Assembly (NCBI GenBank): GCA_964401865.1
Contig: CAYNZZ010000016.1
Coordinates: 1-25,810 of the forward strand
DNA: 25,810 nucleotides
Source: an uncultured Erysipelotrichaceae bacterium
GTDB lineage: Bacteria > Bacillota_I > Bacilli_A > Erysipelotrichales > Erysipelotrichaceae
Direction of reading: 5' to 3'
Shown here in pieces: positions 16,356-25,795 of the stretch. Under the pieces are notes generated by a model, which worked only from the letters and a program-made list of their open reading frames with translations, was not told the origin of the DNA and made no database searches. Made by a program: the position numbers and the translations under genes. Each line of letters starts with the position of its first letter. The stretch's first letter is position 1.

Positions 16356-18347
16356 TTATTTTTCCCATTCTGCTTTTGCAGCTTCGTAATCAGCAGTAGT
16401 TACAACATCTTCTTGAAGTTGAACGTGTTTGAACTTGTATTGAGAAATACCTGCTACAGAATATGGAGCACTGAATGGCACAACATGGCTAACTCTTTGG
16501 CTAAGTCTTTGTTGTTGAGTTGGAATGTATAAGCAGTGTTCGATTAAGTAAGCATCTGCAATTGCATAAGCTTCATAACGAGCATCTAGATCGCCAGTAA
16601 TAGCGTCAGCAGCTTTATACAATTCTTCGTATTCGTACCAACCAGCAGCAGTCTTAATGTCATCATCGCTACCGAATGCTTCAGGAGACATATTAACGTC
16701 AGATAAGCCCATTGCATGCATATAGTAACCAGTTACTGGAGAATAGATTTCAACGAATGTCTTAGGATCTAAGTAGTCAGGAGCCCAACCAGTGAATGTT
16801 GAAATATCGAAATCAGCATCTGCAGGGTTAGTTGTTTCATATGCGATGTTTTCAACTGTATCTTGGCTTCTTAATACTAGTTCGATAATAATTTGTCCAT
16901 CTGTATTTTCTTCGATAGATTGTTTCATTGATTGGCCTTCTTTTACAAGAGAATCAGATGTTTCTGGAACAAGCATATCTAAGTGAACAGGGAATTGAAC
17001 GCCCTCTGCTTTTGCAGCTTCAATGTAAGCTAGAGCTTCTTCTTTATTTAACCAAGGATATTGTCCATCAGCTAAATCAACAGAGCTTCCATGCATTTCA
17101 TCGAATGCTTCTTGTACTAATTGATAGTAGTTTCTTCCATCAGTAGTAGATACTAGAGCTGGAACGTCATTGAAGTTACGAGACATTGCTTTTGCAACGC
17201 TTTCAACTTGGCTTACAGAGTTCTTAGCAATTACATCGTATGAAGCACGAAGTGCTTTACGGAAGTTTTCATTCATAATTGCGTTATGTGTATTTTCTCT
17301 TGCAGCTTCGTCAGTTGCATAGTTTGTTTCATTCCATACTTGACGATTATAGTTGAATACTACACCGAATACATAAGCATTTGGTAAGCTTTCATTGATG
17401 TAACCATCATATTTTTCAGCATATGCATCATAGTCTTCCCAAGAAGCATTTAATGCAGCTAATGCATAAGTTCCTTGTTCAAAACCACGGATTGATGAAT
17501 ATGGGTCAGAACCATCATCATAAATATAAGTAACGCTATCTAAATGTACATTTTCGATATCCCAGTAGTTTTCGTTTTTAACCATAACTGTCTTAGATTT
17601 TAAGTCAGCCGATTGAAGAACAAAACCACCATTGTATAGAATTGAATCAGGTAAAGTTGTACCAAAATCACAAGCAGTAGAATCAGGAGCCCCTAATTTA
17701 CATCCAGCACCTTTTGACTCTAAGAATTCTTTATTGATTGGATAAAGAACTGAATAAGTAGTCATTGATGGGAAATAAGGAACAGGTGATTCCATAGTGT
17801 ATTTAACTGTGTAATCATCAACTGCTTCAATACCTACATTAGCCCAAGCTTCATCAGAATAGTCTTGGTTAGAATAGTATTCTTGGTAACCTTTTACAGC
17901 GCCGAAGATTACTGAACCAGTACCACTATTGAATTCAGCACCGTGTCTTAGACCAGTTACGAAGTCATTAGCTGTAACTTCAGCATAAACTTCACCATTA
18001 TTAGTTACCCATTGAATGCCTGGTTTAATTTTGAAAGTCCATTCAGTTGAGTCTTCGTTTCCTTCCCAACTTTCAGCGATAGCTCCAACTAATTGACCTT
18101 TTTGATTGTTTTCAAGCAAGCCATCAACAAAGTTTGCATTAAATTCATGGTCGGCAGCTAAAGCTGTAACTGTATAATCCATAGTTCCAAGTTCTCTAGA
18201 ACTAGGGATAACATAGTTTTTAGTATCTGTTAATTTCATTCCTTCAACACCAGTGGCAGTATTGTTATTGTTTGAATCTTTCTGTCCACATGCTGCTAAA
18301 GAGAAAACCATCATAAATGACAAAATTGCAACAGATAATTTTTTCAT
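16356..18347 (-). CDS. oppA: Oligopeptide-binding lipoprotein OppA (family 5 solute-binding protein)
   Basis: 663 aa. Lipoprotein signal peptide with lipobox (MKKLSVAILSFMMVFSLAAC). SBP_bac_5-like sequence throughout. SD GGGAGGAAAAA upstream of ATG 18347. Confidence 0.9.
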   Translation of the reverse strand: MKKLSVAILSFMMVFSLAACGQKDSNNNNTATGVEGMKLTDTKNYVIPSSRELGTMDYTVTALAADHEFNANFVDGLLENNQKGQLVGAIAESWEGNEDSTEWTFKIKPGIQWVTNNGEVYAEVTANDFVTGLRHGAEFNSGTGSVIFGAVKGYQEYYSNQDYSDEAWANVGIEAVDDYTVKYTMESPVPYFPSMTTYSVLYPINKEFLESKGAGCKLGAPDSTACDFGTTLPDSILYNGGFVLQSADLKSKTVMVKNENYWDIENVHLDSVTYIYDDGSDPYSSIRGFEQGTYALAALNASWEDYDAYAEKYDGYINESLPNAYVFGVVFNYNRQVWNETNYATDEAARENTHNAIMNENFRKALRASYDVIAKNSVSQVESVAKAMSRNFNDVPALVSTTDGRNYYQLVQEAFDEMHGSSVDLADGQYPWLNKEEALAYIEAAKAEGVQFPVHLDMLVPETSDSLVKEGQSMKQSIEENTDGQIIIELVLRSQDTVENIAYETTNPADADFDISTFTGWAPDYLDPKTFVEIYSPVTGYYMHAMGLSDVNMSPEAFGSDDDIKTAAGWYEYEELYKAADAITGDLDARYEAYAIADAYLIEHCLYIPTQQQRLSQRVSHVVPFSAPYSVAGISQYKFKHVQLQEDVVTTADYEAAKAEWEK

Positions 18348-18391
18348 AAGATTTTTCCTCCCTTGTTTTATGCATTTTTATGCATATTTTG

Positions 18392-18419
18392 ATTATAAGC
18401 ATATATATATATATGTCAA
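18392..18419 (-). promoter_or_regulatory. Near-consensus sigma-A promoter of oppABCDF
   Basis: Minus strand reads TTGACA (18419-18414), a 16-nt spacer (TATATATATATATGCT), then TATAAT (18397-18392), ~45 nt upstream of the oppA ATG. Confidence 0.65.
18401..18414. repeat. (AT)7 dinucleotide microsatellite inside the opp promoter spacer
   Basis: Read directly: ATATATATATATAT at 18401-18414. Confidence 0.95.
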
Positions 18420-18486
18420 TAAAAATTTCACATTTCTTTCACATAAAAATGATACTATGCTTTTAAAGAGTATATTTTAATCTCAG

Positions 18487-20340
18487 CTACAGCATTTCTT
18501 CTTTTTCTAACATCGCTAATTCCCAGATTTCTTCCTGATGGTGCAGCAAGTTATGTATATCATCTATCTCTTCATCTAGTGCCTGCATTTTAAAATGATC
18601 GTGATAATACTCCGGTTCAAAACGCAAAGCCCTTTTTTCTTCCAACAGTTCCTCTAATCTTGAAATCTCAGCCTCAATCTTTTTAATATTGTATTTAGCT
18701 TTCGGTTTAGCACTTAACTCTTTTTTCTTTTCCGGTTTGGCTTCTTTGACTATCTCTTTCTTGGCGTCAATATAATCACCATAACCATCAGGATAATATG
18801 TACATTTACCATCATCTAATACTAAGCATGAATTAGCGATCTTTTTAATAAAGTATCTATCATGACTTACAAATAAGATAGTTCCATCATATTCATTAAG
18901 AGCGCTTTCTAAAGCTTCTTTTGATATGATATCCAAATGATTTGTCGGTTCATCTAAAATTAAGAAATTAGCTTTTTTGAGCATTAATTTAGCTAGAGTC
19001 AACCTAACCTTCTCGCCACCCGATAACACATTAACTTCTTTGAATACCTCGTCAGATGAAAATAAGAAAGCCCCTAAGACATTCCGAATCTCTTGTTTTG
19101 TCATATCGGGATATTCATCCCACAATTCTTCAATGACGGTCTTATCACTATTTAGTTTGGCAAGATTTTGATCAAAGTAGGCAACTTCAATTTGATGGCC
19201 GAACAACTTATAGCCACCTAAAGCTGGTATCTCATCGATGATGGTCTTTAATAATGTAGATTTACCCGTGCCATTATTGCCCATTACACATATTCTATCA
19301 CCCTTAATAATATCAAGAGTTACATTGCATAATTCTTTATCGTAGCCGCATGACAAATGGTCTAAACTCAAAACATTTTTGCCACCTTTAGTAGCACATA
19401 CAAATTTAGCCTTAAAACTTTTAGAATCTTCTTTTTTAGGATCTTCAATCTTATCCATCCGCTCAAGATACTTTATCTTACTTTGAGCAAAAGCAGCTTT
19501 ATTTTTTTTGTAACGAAATTTTTCGATTAATTCCTCAAGCCGTTTTATCTCTTTTTGCTGACGCTTATAGGCTGATTCCATTTTTATAAAGTCATTCTTC
19601 TTCTGTTCGACAAACGAAGTATAATTGCCACTATATCGTCTAATAGATCCATATTCTAATTCATATACCACATTGACAGTTTTATCCAAAAAAGTTCTAT
19701 CGTGTGATACAAGAATCATGGCTTTTTTATATTTTGCTAAATAAGATTCTAACCATTCAATAGTTGATAAGTCCAAATGATTTGTAGGCTCATCCAACAG
19801 TAATAAATCAGGTTTTGAAAGCAATAACTTAGCAAAAGCTATTTTTGTTTTTTCACCACCCGAAAAAGAAGATATAGGTCTATTTATATCTTCTAATTCA
19901 AAACCAAAACCGGCAAATACAGTTTTAATTTCGCTTTGATAAGTATATCCACCCAAGTTTTCAAACTCTTCCTGCAAAGCGGAATACTCATTAATCATTT
20001 TTTCGCTATGATCATTTTTTAATTGATTAGCTAATTCTTCTAATCTTCTCTCTTTAATAATGAGATCATCGAATACAGAGTTAAATGCTTCTAATGCAGT
20101 TATTTCTTCATTACTAAAAGCATTTTGTTCAAGATAAGAAATATTAGCTTTATTATTTTTAAATACTTGTCCTCTAGATAGCTCCACTTTACCCATTATT
20201 ACTTTCAAAAGTGAAGTTTTCCCAGATCCATTTCTTCCAACCAGAGCAATCTTTTCATTTTCATTGACACAAAAATCAATATTTTCAAATACATCATTAG
20301 CGCCAAAAAACAGAGTGCCCCCGCTTATTTGATATAACAT
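18487..20340 (-). CDS. ABC-F family ATPase (two NBDs, no TMD), translation-factor type, YdiF-like by synteny
   Basis: NBD1: GRNGSGKTS, FSGGEKTKIAFAKLL, LLLLDEPTNHLD. NBD2: GNNGTGKST, LSGGEKVRLTLAKLM, FLILDEPTNHLD. Has an inter-domain linker and a charged C-terminal coiled-coil tail. Confidence 0.9.
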   Translation of the reverse strand: MLYQISGGTLFFGANDVFENIDFCVNENEKIALVGRNGSGKTSLLKVIMGKVELSRGQVFKNNKANISYLEQNAFSNEEITALEAFNSVFDDLIIKERRLEELANQLKNDHSEKMINEYSALQEEFENLGGYTYQSEIKTVFAGFGFELEDINRPISSFSGGEKTKIAFAKLLLSKPDLLLLDEPTNHLDLSTIEWLESYLAKYKKAMILVSHDRTFLDKTVNVVYELEYGSIRRYSGNYTSFVEQKKNDFIKMESAYKRQQKEIKRLEELIEKFRYKKNKAAFAQSKIKYLERMDKIEDPKKEDSKSFKAKFVCATKGGKNVLSLDHLSCGYDKELCNVTLDIIKGDRICVMGNNGTGKSTLLKTIIDEIPALGGYKLFGHQIEVAYFDQNLAKLNSDKTVIEELWDEYPDMTKQEIRNVLGAFLFSSDEVFKEVNVLSGGEKVRLTLAKLMLKKANFLILDEPTNHLDIISKEALESALNEYDGTILFVSHDRYFIKKIANSCLVLDDGKCTYYPDGYGDYIDAKKEIVKEAKPEKKKELSAKPKAKYNIKKIEAEISRLEELLEEKRALRFEPEYYHDHFKMQALDEEIDDIHNLLHHQEEIWELAMLEKEEML

Positions 20341-20348
20341 TAAACCTC

Positions 20349-21731
20349 CTAGAAGATTAGGTTTTTAGGAGTTCTTGGAAATGGCAATACATCACGGATA
20401 TTCTGCATGCCACTTAGATACATAATCAATCTTTCAAAACCGACACCAAATCCAGCGTGCTTGCATCCTCCATATCTTCTTAAATCCAAATACCAATTAT
20501 AATTTTCTACATCCATTCCTAATTCTTTCATTCTATTTTCTAAAACATCAATGCGTTCTTCACGTTGCGAACCACCAACCAACTCACCGATATGCGGTAC
20601 TAATAAATCACATGCGGCAACAGTTTTACCGTCATCGTTTAAACGCATATAAAACGCTTTGATGTCTTTTGGATAATCGGTTAAGAACACCGGCCCATCG
20701 ACAATCTTTTCGCAGATATATTTTTCATGCTCTGAATTTAAATCCATACCCCAGAACACTTTATTTTCGAATTTGACATCAGCTTTGAGCAATATGTCGA
20801 TCGCTTCAGTATATGTCATTCTTCTAAAATGAGCGTCTTTCAGTTTAGAAATTCTTTCTAACAATGTCTTATCGATAAAATCGTTGAAGAATTTCATTTC
20901 TTCAGGACAATTCTCTAGTACATATGCAATGCAATATTTAACCATATCTTCAATCAAATCCATATCATCTTCCAAATCAGCGAACGCAATCTCTGGTTCA
21001 ATCATCCAGAATTCAGCCGCATGAGTAGTGGTGTTAGAATTTTCGGCTCTAAAAGTTGGTCCAAAAGTATAAACATCTCTAAACGCCATACAAAAAGCTT
21101 CGACTTGAAGTTGACCAGTAACCGCTAAATGAGCTTCTTTACCAAAGAAATCTTTTTCAAATTCCTGATTATCAATAGTTGTAACTCTAAACATATTGCC
21201 TGCACCTTCGCCATCCATTGAAGTGATGATTGGTGTATGCACATAGACAAATCCTTGATTTTGAAAGAACTCGTGTAGAGCCATTGAAAGCGCACTTCGC
21301 AAGCGGAATACCGCATTAAAAGTATTGGTTCTCACTCTTAAATGAGGTATTTCTCTTAAATACTCAAAACTATGTCTTTTCTTCTGCAAAGGATAGCTAT
21401 CATCACATGCTTCTACAATTTCGATTTCAGTCGCCTCTAGCTCAAATGGTTGCTTATTATCCGGCGTGTAGATAAATTTACCAGTAATAGATACACTCGA
21501 TCCAGTAAGTAACTTAGAAACCTCTTTATAGTTTGCTAAATTTGGATGATATACCACTTGAACATTGCGGAAATAAGTTCCATCATTTAATTCAATAAAA
21601 CCAATCGATCCATTATCACGATTGGTTCTTACCCAACCATCCATTTGGATATATTCCATTTGATCTAGTTCTACATGATTCTTGCAGAAAACCAGCTCGT
21701 ATAATTCTCTTGAAGTTTTAAAATCTAACAT
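20349..21731 (-). CDS. asnS: Asparagine--tRNA ligase
   Basis: 460 aa class IIb aaRS. N-terminal OB fold ([20 protein letters not shown]), [22 protein letters not shown], motif 2 [19 protein letters not shown], motif 3 GFGVGFERL. Confidence 0.93.
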   Translation of the reverse strand: MLDFKTSRELYELVFCKNHVELDQMEYIQMDGWVRTNRDNGSIGFIELNDGTYFRNVQVVYHPNLANYKEVSKLLTGSSVSITGKFIYTPDNKQPFELEATEIEIVEACDDSYPLQKKRHSFEYLREIPHLRVRTNTFNAVFRLRSALSMALHEFFQNQGFVYVHTPIITSMDGEGAGNMFRVTTIDNQEFEKDFFGKEAHLAVTGQLQVEAFCMAFRDVYTFGPTFRAENSNTTTHAAEFWMIEPEIAFADLEDDMDLIEDMVKYCIAYVLENCPEEMKFFNDFIDKTLLERISKLKDAHFRRMTYTEAIDILLKADVKFENKVFWGMDLNSEHEKYICEKIVDGPVFLTDYPKDIKAFYMRLNDDGKTVAACDLLVPHIGELVGGSQREERIDVLENRMKELGMDVENYNWYLDLRRYGGCKHAGFGVGFERLIMYLSGMQNIRDVLPFPRTPKNLIF

Positions 21732-21734
21732 ATT

Positions 21735-22352
21735 CTATCCCCCTATTATTTCGTTAGTCGCAAATACTAATTCCTGAATCGTAGATACAACATCAACACT
21801 TCTCACATGTATATTTTTTGGCACAATGAAGTGTTCGTGAGTAAAATCAACAATACCAGTGATATTTAATGATACAAGTTTATCCATCACCTCTTGAACA
21901 TCGTTCGATACGCAAACAATCGCAATATGACAACCATCAGGTATCTTCTTATCTAATTCATCAATATTATATAAAGGTACAGATAACTGACCGCACATCT
22001 CTGGATTTTTATCAAAAGCGCACACTATCTCACCAACTATATTATCCCAATGACTATAATTTAATATCGCTTTACCAAAATTTCCAGCACCAACCAAAAT
22101 AATTTTTTCATTGTAATTTCCACCTAAACGATTAGAAAATATTTCAATCAAAGAATCGATATCATACCCATATCCTTGTTTACCCAAAGTTCCCAAAAGT
22201 GAAAAATCTCTTCTGATTGTCGTTGATTTGATCGAAGTAAACAAGGCCAATTCAGATGACATAATCTTGTCCCTACCTAAAAGTTTTATTTTCTTTAATG
22301 CTTTTAAATATATTGGATAACGTTGTAATGTTGCTTTTGATATTTTTTTCAC
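21735..22352 (-). CDS. rex: Redox-sensing transcriptional repressor Rex
   Basis: Winged-helix N-terminus (ISKATLQRYPIYLKALKKI) and a Rossmann GAGNFGKAILNY. I prefer GTG 22352 (SD AGAGGTG, 6-nt spacing) to the ORF-track GTG 22361, which lies inside that SD. Confidence 0.85.
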   Translation of the reverse strand: MKKISKATLQRYPIYLKALKKIKLLGRDKIMSSELALFTSIKSTTIRRDFSLLGTLGKQGYGYDIDSLIEIFSNRLGGNYNEKIILVGAGNFGKAILNYSHWDNIVGEIVCAFDKNPEMCGQLSVPLYNIDELDKKIPDGCHIAIVCVSNDVQEVMDKLVSLNITGIVDFTHEHFIVPKNIHVRSVDVVSTIQELVFATNEIIGG

Positions 22353-22387
22353 CAAATTCACCTCTTATAGAATATATATTACTACAT

Positions 22388-22405
22388 TTGTGAAAAAAAT
22401 GACAT
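22388..22405. promoter_or_regulatory. Candidate Rex operator upstream of rex
   Basis: TTGTGAAAAAAATGACAT, compared with the Firmicute Rex consensus TTGTGAA-N4-TTCACAA as I recall it. One half-site is perfect, and 11 of the 14 specified positions match overall. It lies in the 50-nt tsaD-rex gap, overlapping a weak -35. Confidence 0.45.
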
Positions 22406-22411
22406 TTTTAT

Positions 22412-23398
22412 TTATTCAATTGACATTGATGGTTTAGAAGAAGAATCAAAATCGACAAATTGATGATGATTCAGATAATGAAAAGCCGCAACTGCAATCA
22501 TTGTTGCATTGTCAGTACAGTACTTTAACGGCGGTAAAGTAACTTTAATGTCTTTGATGTTTTCAAGCACCAACTCTCTCAATCTGGAATTACATGCCAC
22601 TCCACCAGCAATGATAAACTGTTTGACATCAAAATCATGAATAACTTTTAGTGATTTATCAATCAGACAATGAAGTGCCGTTTCTTGAAAAGCGTAAGCT
22701 AAATCGGCAGGTATTAATTCATCACTAGCCTTCAATTTATTTACCAACTGAATACTGGCGTTTTTAAGTCCAGAAAATGAGAAATTATATCTATCAACTT
22801 TAGGAGTCGGCAAAGAATAATTAGCTTTCCCCTCTTTGGCTAACTTATCAATCTTTGGCCCACCGGGATATTCTAATCCCAATACTCTAGCCACTTTATC
22901 ATATGTTTCACCAATTGCATCATCTAAAGTAGTGCCCAATATTTCAAACGAATTATCATCTTTCATATAGACGAGCTCCGTATGACCGCCACTAACAACT
23001 AATGCCAATAAAGGATATGTTAAAGGTTCAATCAGTTCATTGATAAAAATATGACCTCTTAAATGATGAACGCCAATCAAAGGTTTCTGTAAGAAAAAAG
23101 CCAACGATTTAGCAGCAGCAGCACCAATGTGTAAAGAACCTATCAAACCGGGTCCTATCGTATAAGCGATAGCATCAAGATCATATATATTAATATTGGC
23201 TTTTTCAACCGCTTCCTTAACAATAATCGAAATCTGTTCAATATGCATTCTAGATGCAACTTCAGGAATAACTCCACCAAACCTAGCGTGGATATCGATT
23301 TGTGAAGTAACTACGCTGGATAATATGTTTAATTCTTCATCTAAGATTGCACAAGCCGTTTCATCACAACTTGATTCAATCGCTAATATCTTCCTCAT
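22412..23398 (-). CDS. tsaD: tRNA N6-adenosine threonylcarbamoyltransferase TsaD
   Basis: 328 aa Kae1/TsaD. ILAIESSCDET, GVHHLRGH metal-binding motif. SD AGGAGG lies inside the rimI 3' end. Confidence 0.95.
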   Translation of the reverse strand: MRKILAIESSCDETACAILDEELNILSSVVTSQIDIHARFGGVIPEVASRMHIEQISIIVKEAVEKANINIYDLDAIAYTIGPGLIGSLHIGAAAAKSLAFFLQKPLIGVHHLRGHIFINELIEPLTYPLLALVVSGGHTELVYMKDDNSFEILGTTLDDAIGETYDKVARVLGLEYPGGPKIDKLAKEGKANYSLPTPKVDRYNFSFSGLKNASIQLVNKLKASDELIPADLAYAFQETALHCLIDKSLKVIHDFDVKQFIIAGGVACNSRLRELVLENIKDIKVTLPPLKYCTDNATMIAVAAFHYLNHHQFVDFDSSSKPSMSIE

Positions 23399-23840
23399 TC
23401 AAACCTCCTATGACCTTAATCATTTCTAAAGCATCTTCATGATTATCATTGTAATAATTTTTACGTGTTCTCAATACTTCAAAACCTAATTTGTGATATA
23501 GATTAATGGCTCTTTCATTTGACACACGTACTTCTAAGCTACATATATCAGCACCTTTTTTAATCGCTTCTTCAATTAGAAACCTAAGCAAAGTTTCACC
23601 ATATTTTTTTCCTTGATATTTAGTGGTGATGGCAATAGTAGTTATCTCAGCACGCTCAAATAAAATCCACAAACCAGCGTAACCGATTATTTCCTCATCT
23701 TCTTTAATGACATACATATTAGAAAACTCGTTTTCTAATAATTCATACTCAAACTGTTCTCTATTCCAACACGATGTGAACACTTCGTTTTCAATTTCGA
23801 TTATTTTATCCAAATCCTCAATCTTTGCTTCAAGAATCAT
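23376..23840 (-). CDS. rimI: Ribosomal-protein-alanine N-acetyltransferase RimI (GNAT)
   Basis: 154 aa GNAT with acetyl-CoA motif (YQGKKYGETLL). Conserved position between tsaB and tsaD. ATGA overlap with tsaB. Confidence 0.85.
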   Translation of the reverse strand: MILEAKIEDLDKIIEIENEVFTSCWNREQFEYELLENEFSNMYVIKEDEEIIGYAGLWILFERAEITTIAITTKYQGKKYGETLLRFLIEEAIKKGADICSLEVRVSNERAINLYHKLGFEVLRTRKNYYNDNHEDALEMIKVIGGLNEEDISD

Positions 23841-24424
23841 TTTAGATAAGCATCACTTTCTTTTAGATAACTTGGAACTAAATGGTCAATACCTTCTTCT
23901 TTATGCCATACGCTCTTGGTCTTTAAAAAACATTCACTTATATTTGGCATATAGTCCTCAGCTCCAATTAACGCTCCATCCCCGACAACAAAATAATCAT
24001 CTTTATCAATTTTATCTATTTCTAGCACTCTGTCATCAAGAATAATATCATCTTTATCATAAATACCAACATAAGCTCGATTAGCTCTAGCATCCATAAC
24101 GGTCATTGTTCTTGAATTTAAACCAGCATACAGTCTTAAAGTGGATATTGTATATAGGTCGAGCTTTTTAAGGCTGGCAATAACTTTGGCAATTGTCATC
24201 GCAATTCTAACACCGGTATATGAGCCAGGGCCTTTAGTAATACAAAAACTATCAATATCAAGTAGTTTTCGATTACTCTTATCTAGCAGTTCATTCATCA
24301 CAACAAAAACTTCTTCTGATTGCCTTTTAAAACATTCAGCACTATATGAACAAATGATTTTATCATCTTCAATTAATGCACAAGTCAAATATTTATATGC
24401 AGTATCTATACATAATGTCAGCAT
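23837..24424 (-). CDS. tsaB: tRNA threonylcarbamoyladenosine biosynthesis protein TsaB
   Basis: 195 aa YeaZ-like. LCIDTA...GPGSYTGVRIA. 7-nt overlap with tsaE. Confidence 0.9.
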   Translation of the reverse strand: MLTLCIDTAYKYLTCALIEDDKIICSYSAECFKRQSEEVFVVMNELLDKSNRKLLDIDSFCITKGPGSYTGVRIAMTIAKVIASLKKLDLYTISTLRLYAGLNSRTMTVMDARANRAYVGIYDKDDIILDDRVLEIDKIDKDDYFVVGDGALIGAEDYMPNISECFLKTKSVWHKEEGIDHLVPSYLKESDAYLK

Positions 24425-24864
24425 AATTCTAACTCCTTCAACAATTCTTCATATCTTTTGCCAACAGGATTAAAAACCAAGTTACGACTGTTTTCATCAA
24501 GATAGACAAAATTAATTTCTAAAAATTCCTTAGGTAAATAATTTTTAAAATACTCAGGCCATTCAACAACGATGACACCTTCATCCAAAAATTCATCAAA
24601 TCCTAAATCGTAGTCTGAATTATTCAAACGATAGGCATCAATATGATATAAAGTTAAATCTCCTTCGTATATCTTTAAAATATTAAATGTCGGAGAATTA
24701 ATTACTTCTTTAATATTTAAAGCTTGACCTATTCCCTTAGTAAAAGTAGTTTTACCACCTGCAAGATCACCTTTCAAGCATAAAACATCACCTTTTTTAA
24801 GTAATAAACCAAGTTTATTTGCTAAGGAAATAGTATCTACATAACTATTAGAAATATATTCCAT
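24418..24864 (-). CDS. tsaE: tRNA threonylcarbamoyladenosine biosynthesis ATPase TsaE
   Basis: 148 aa YjeE-like. P-loop GDLAGGKTTFTKG, SPTF, HIDAYRL, VVEW. Confidence 0.9.
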   Translation of the reverse strand: MEYISNSYVDTISLANKLGLLLKKGDVLCLKGDLAGGKTTFTKGIGQALNIKEVINSPTFNILKIYEGDLTLYHIDAYRLNNSDYDLGFDEFLDEGVIVVEWPEYFKNYLPKEFLEINFVYLDENSRNLVFNPVGKRYEELLKELELC

Positions 24865-24865
24865 A

Positions 24866-25726
24866 TCAATCTCCTCTATAACTATTTAAAAAATTATCGT
24901 CAGCCTCTAAAATGCCTCCATCAGCATAAGCTACCAATAATTTTATAACACCATTATCATAAATCGCAAATGGAAAAGGATTAATTGAAGTATAAGCATA
25001 ATAATTGCCATTTATATCCATCGCAATCGCACAAAAATCGGCATCATAATCAAGATTGTTTTTCTGTTTAATGCATGCCTTTAACAACGCCTCTTTAACC
25101 GTTAAACCATAAGACATATGCATTACGATTTCTTTAGACAAACAAGCTCTAAGTATCGCCTCACCATCGCCAGTCGCACATGCAGCGCCAACATCAATAT
25201 CTGCGTAATAGCCTGAACCAATAAGTGGTGAATCGCCAATTCGACCCAAATGCTTATTCTTTCTTCCGGAAGAAGAAATACCAGTATAGATATTTTTATC
25301 ATCTAAACCAATTACCGCAAAAGTGTCATGACTTAATACATCAAATTCATTTTGTACAAATTCTAATGAATCACTGGTTTTAAAACCATGCTTTTTCGCG
25401 TATCTATCAGCTCCAAAGGAAGTCAGAATATTATTTTCTCTATACTTCATCAAATCAAAAGCAACCTCGATTGGATTTACAATTTCCCTGCAAGCAAGGA
25501 CGGCCCCGACATTTCCTCTGCCATCCATAAATGCAGCATCTAATTCCAAAAAGCCTTCATCATTTGGATACGAGTATCTTCCAACGGTATGTACTGTTTT
25601 ATCATCTTCATTATATTTGATTGCATCAATAATCATTTTTCCAATATCTTTACAATCTTTATCAATATTGGAAAATGCTCTTTCAGACATTCTCCAAGTA
25701 CCAATCATTTTAACATTATTTGTCAT
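24866..25726 (-). CDS. Ntn-hydrolase of the Asparaginase_2 family (glycosylasparaginase / isoaspartyl peptidase-like), no signal peptide
   Basis: 286 aa. HDT autoprocessing/nucleophile motif (SHDTFAVIGLD), GRIGDSPLIGSGYYAD, ATGDGEAILR, N-terminal GTW. The stop is 1 nt before the tsaE ATG. Confidence 0.85.
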   Translation of the reverse strand: MTNNVKMIGTWRMSERAFSNIDKDCKDIGKMIIDAIKYNEDDKTVHTVGRYSYPNDEGFLELDAAFMDGRGNVGAVLACREIVNPIEVAFDLMKYRENNILTSFGADRYAKKHGFKTSDSLEFVQNEFDVLSHDTFAVIGLDDKNIYTGISSSGRKNKHLGRIGDSPLIGSGYYADIDVGAACATGDGEAILRACLSKEIVMHMSYGLTVKEALLKACIKQKNNLDYDADFCAIAMDINGNYYAYTSINPFPFAIYDNGVIKLLVAYADGGILEADDNFLNSYRGD

Positions 25727-25764
25727 ATATCTTCTCCAACATCAACATAATAACATTTCCCCCA

Positions 25765-25795
25765 AAATAAAAAAACCTCACTATTGCTAGTGAGG
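25765..25795 (-). terminator. Rho-independent terminator of the gene lying beyond the right edge
   Basis: An 8-bp stem, CCTCACTA (25776-25783) pairing with TAGTGAGG (25788-25795), with loop TTGC. On the minus strand it is followed by TTTTTTTATTTT. An extended -10 (TGTTATTAT) follows before the Ntn-hydrolase gene. Confidence 0.75.

Noticed and set aside
8872-18385. Shared ATGCAT core between the ZIP-promoter palindrome and the opp leader repeats, considered as evidence for a common regulator
   Set aside because: The flanks differ, and a 6-mer of this composition is expected many times by chance in 26 kb of AT-rich DNA.
21125-21316. 63-aa minus-strand ORF inside asnS
   Set aside because: It is an alternative frame of a strongly supported aaRS gene, with no independent evidence.
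21732-21734. T-box leader upstream of asnS
   Set aside because: Only 3 nt separate the rex stop from the asnS start, leaving no space for a leader.
592-24473. All plus-strand ORFs of 63-112 aa in the track that lie inside minus-strand genes (592-828, 2311-2535, 3050-3295, 3309-3542, 4073-4264, 4758-4958, 6743-6934, 8392-8616, 8636-8875, 9688-9984, 10360-10668, 11329-11526, 13651-13932, 15197-15409, 16792-16986, 16928-17146, 18253-18480, 18977-19171, 21869-22102, 23196-23429, 23707-24045, 24141-24473)
   Set aside because: Each is antisense to a gene with strong motif-level support. They have low-complexity, Ile/Phe/Asn/Ser-rich translations typical of shadow frames in AT-rich DNA, and no convincing SD.
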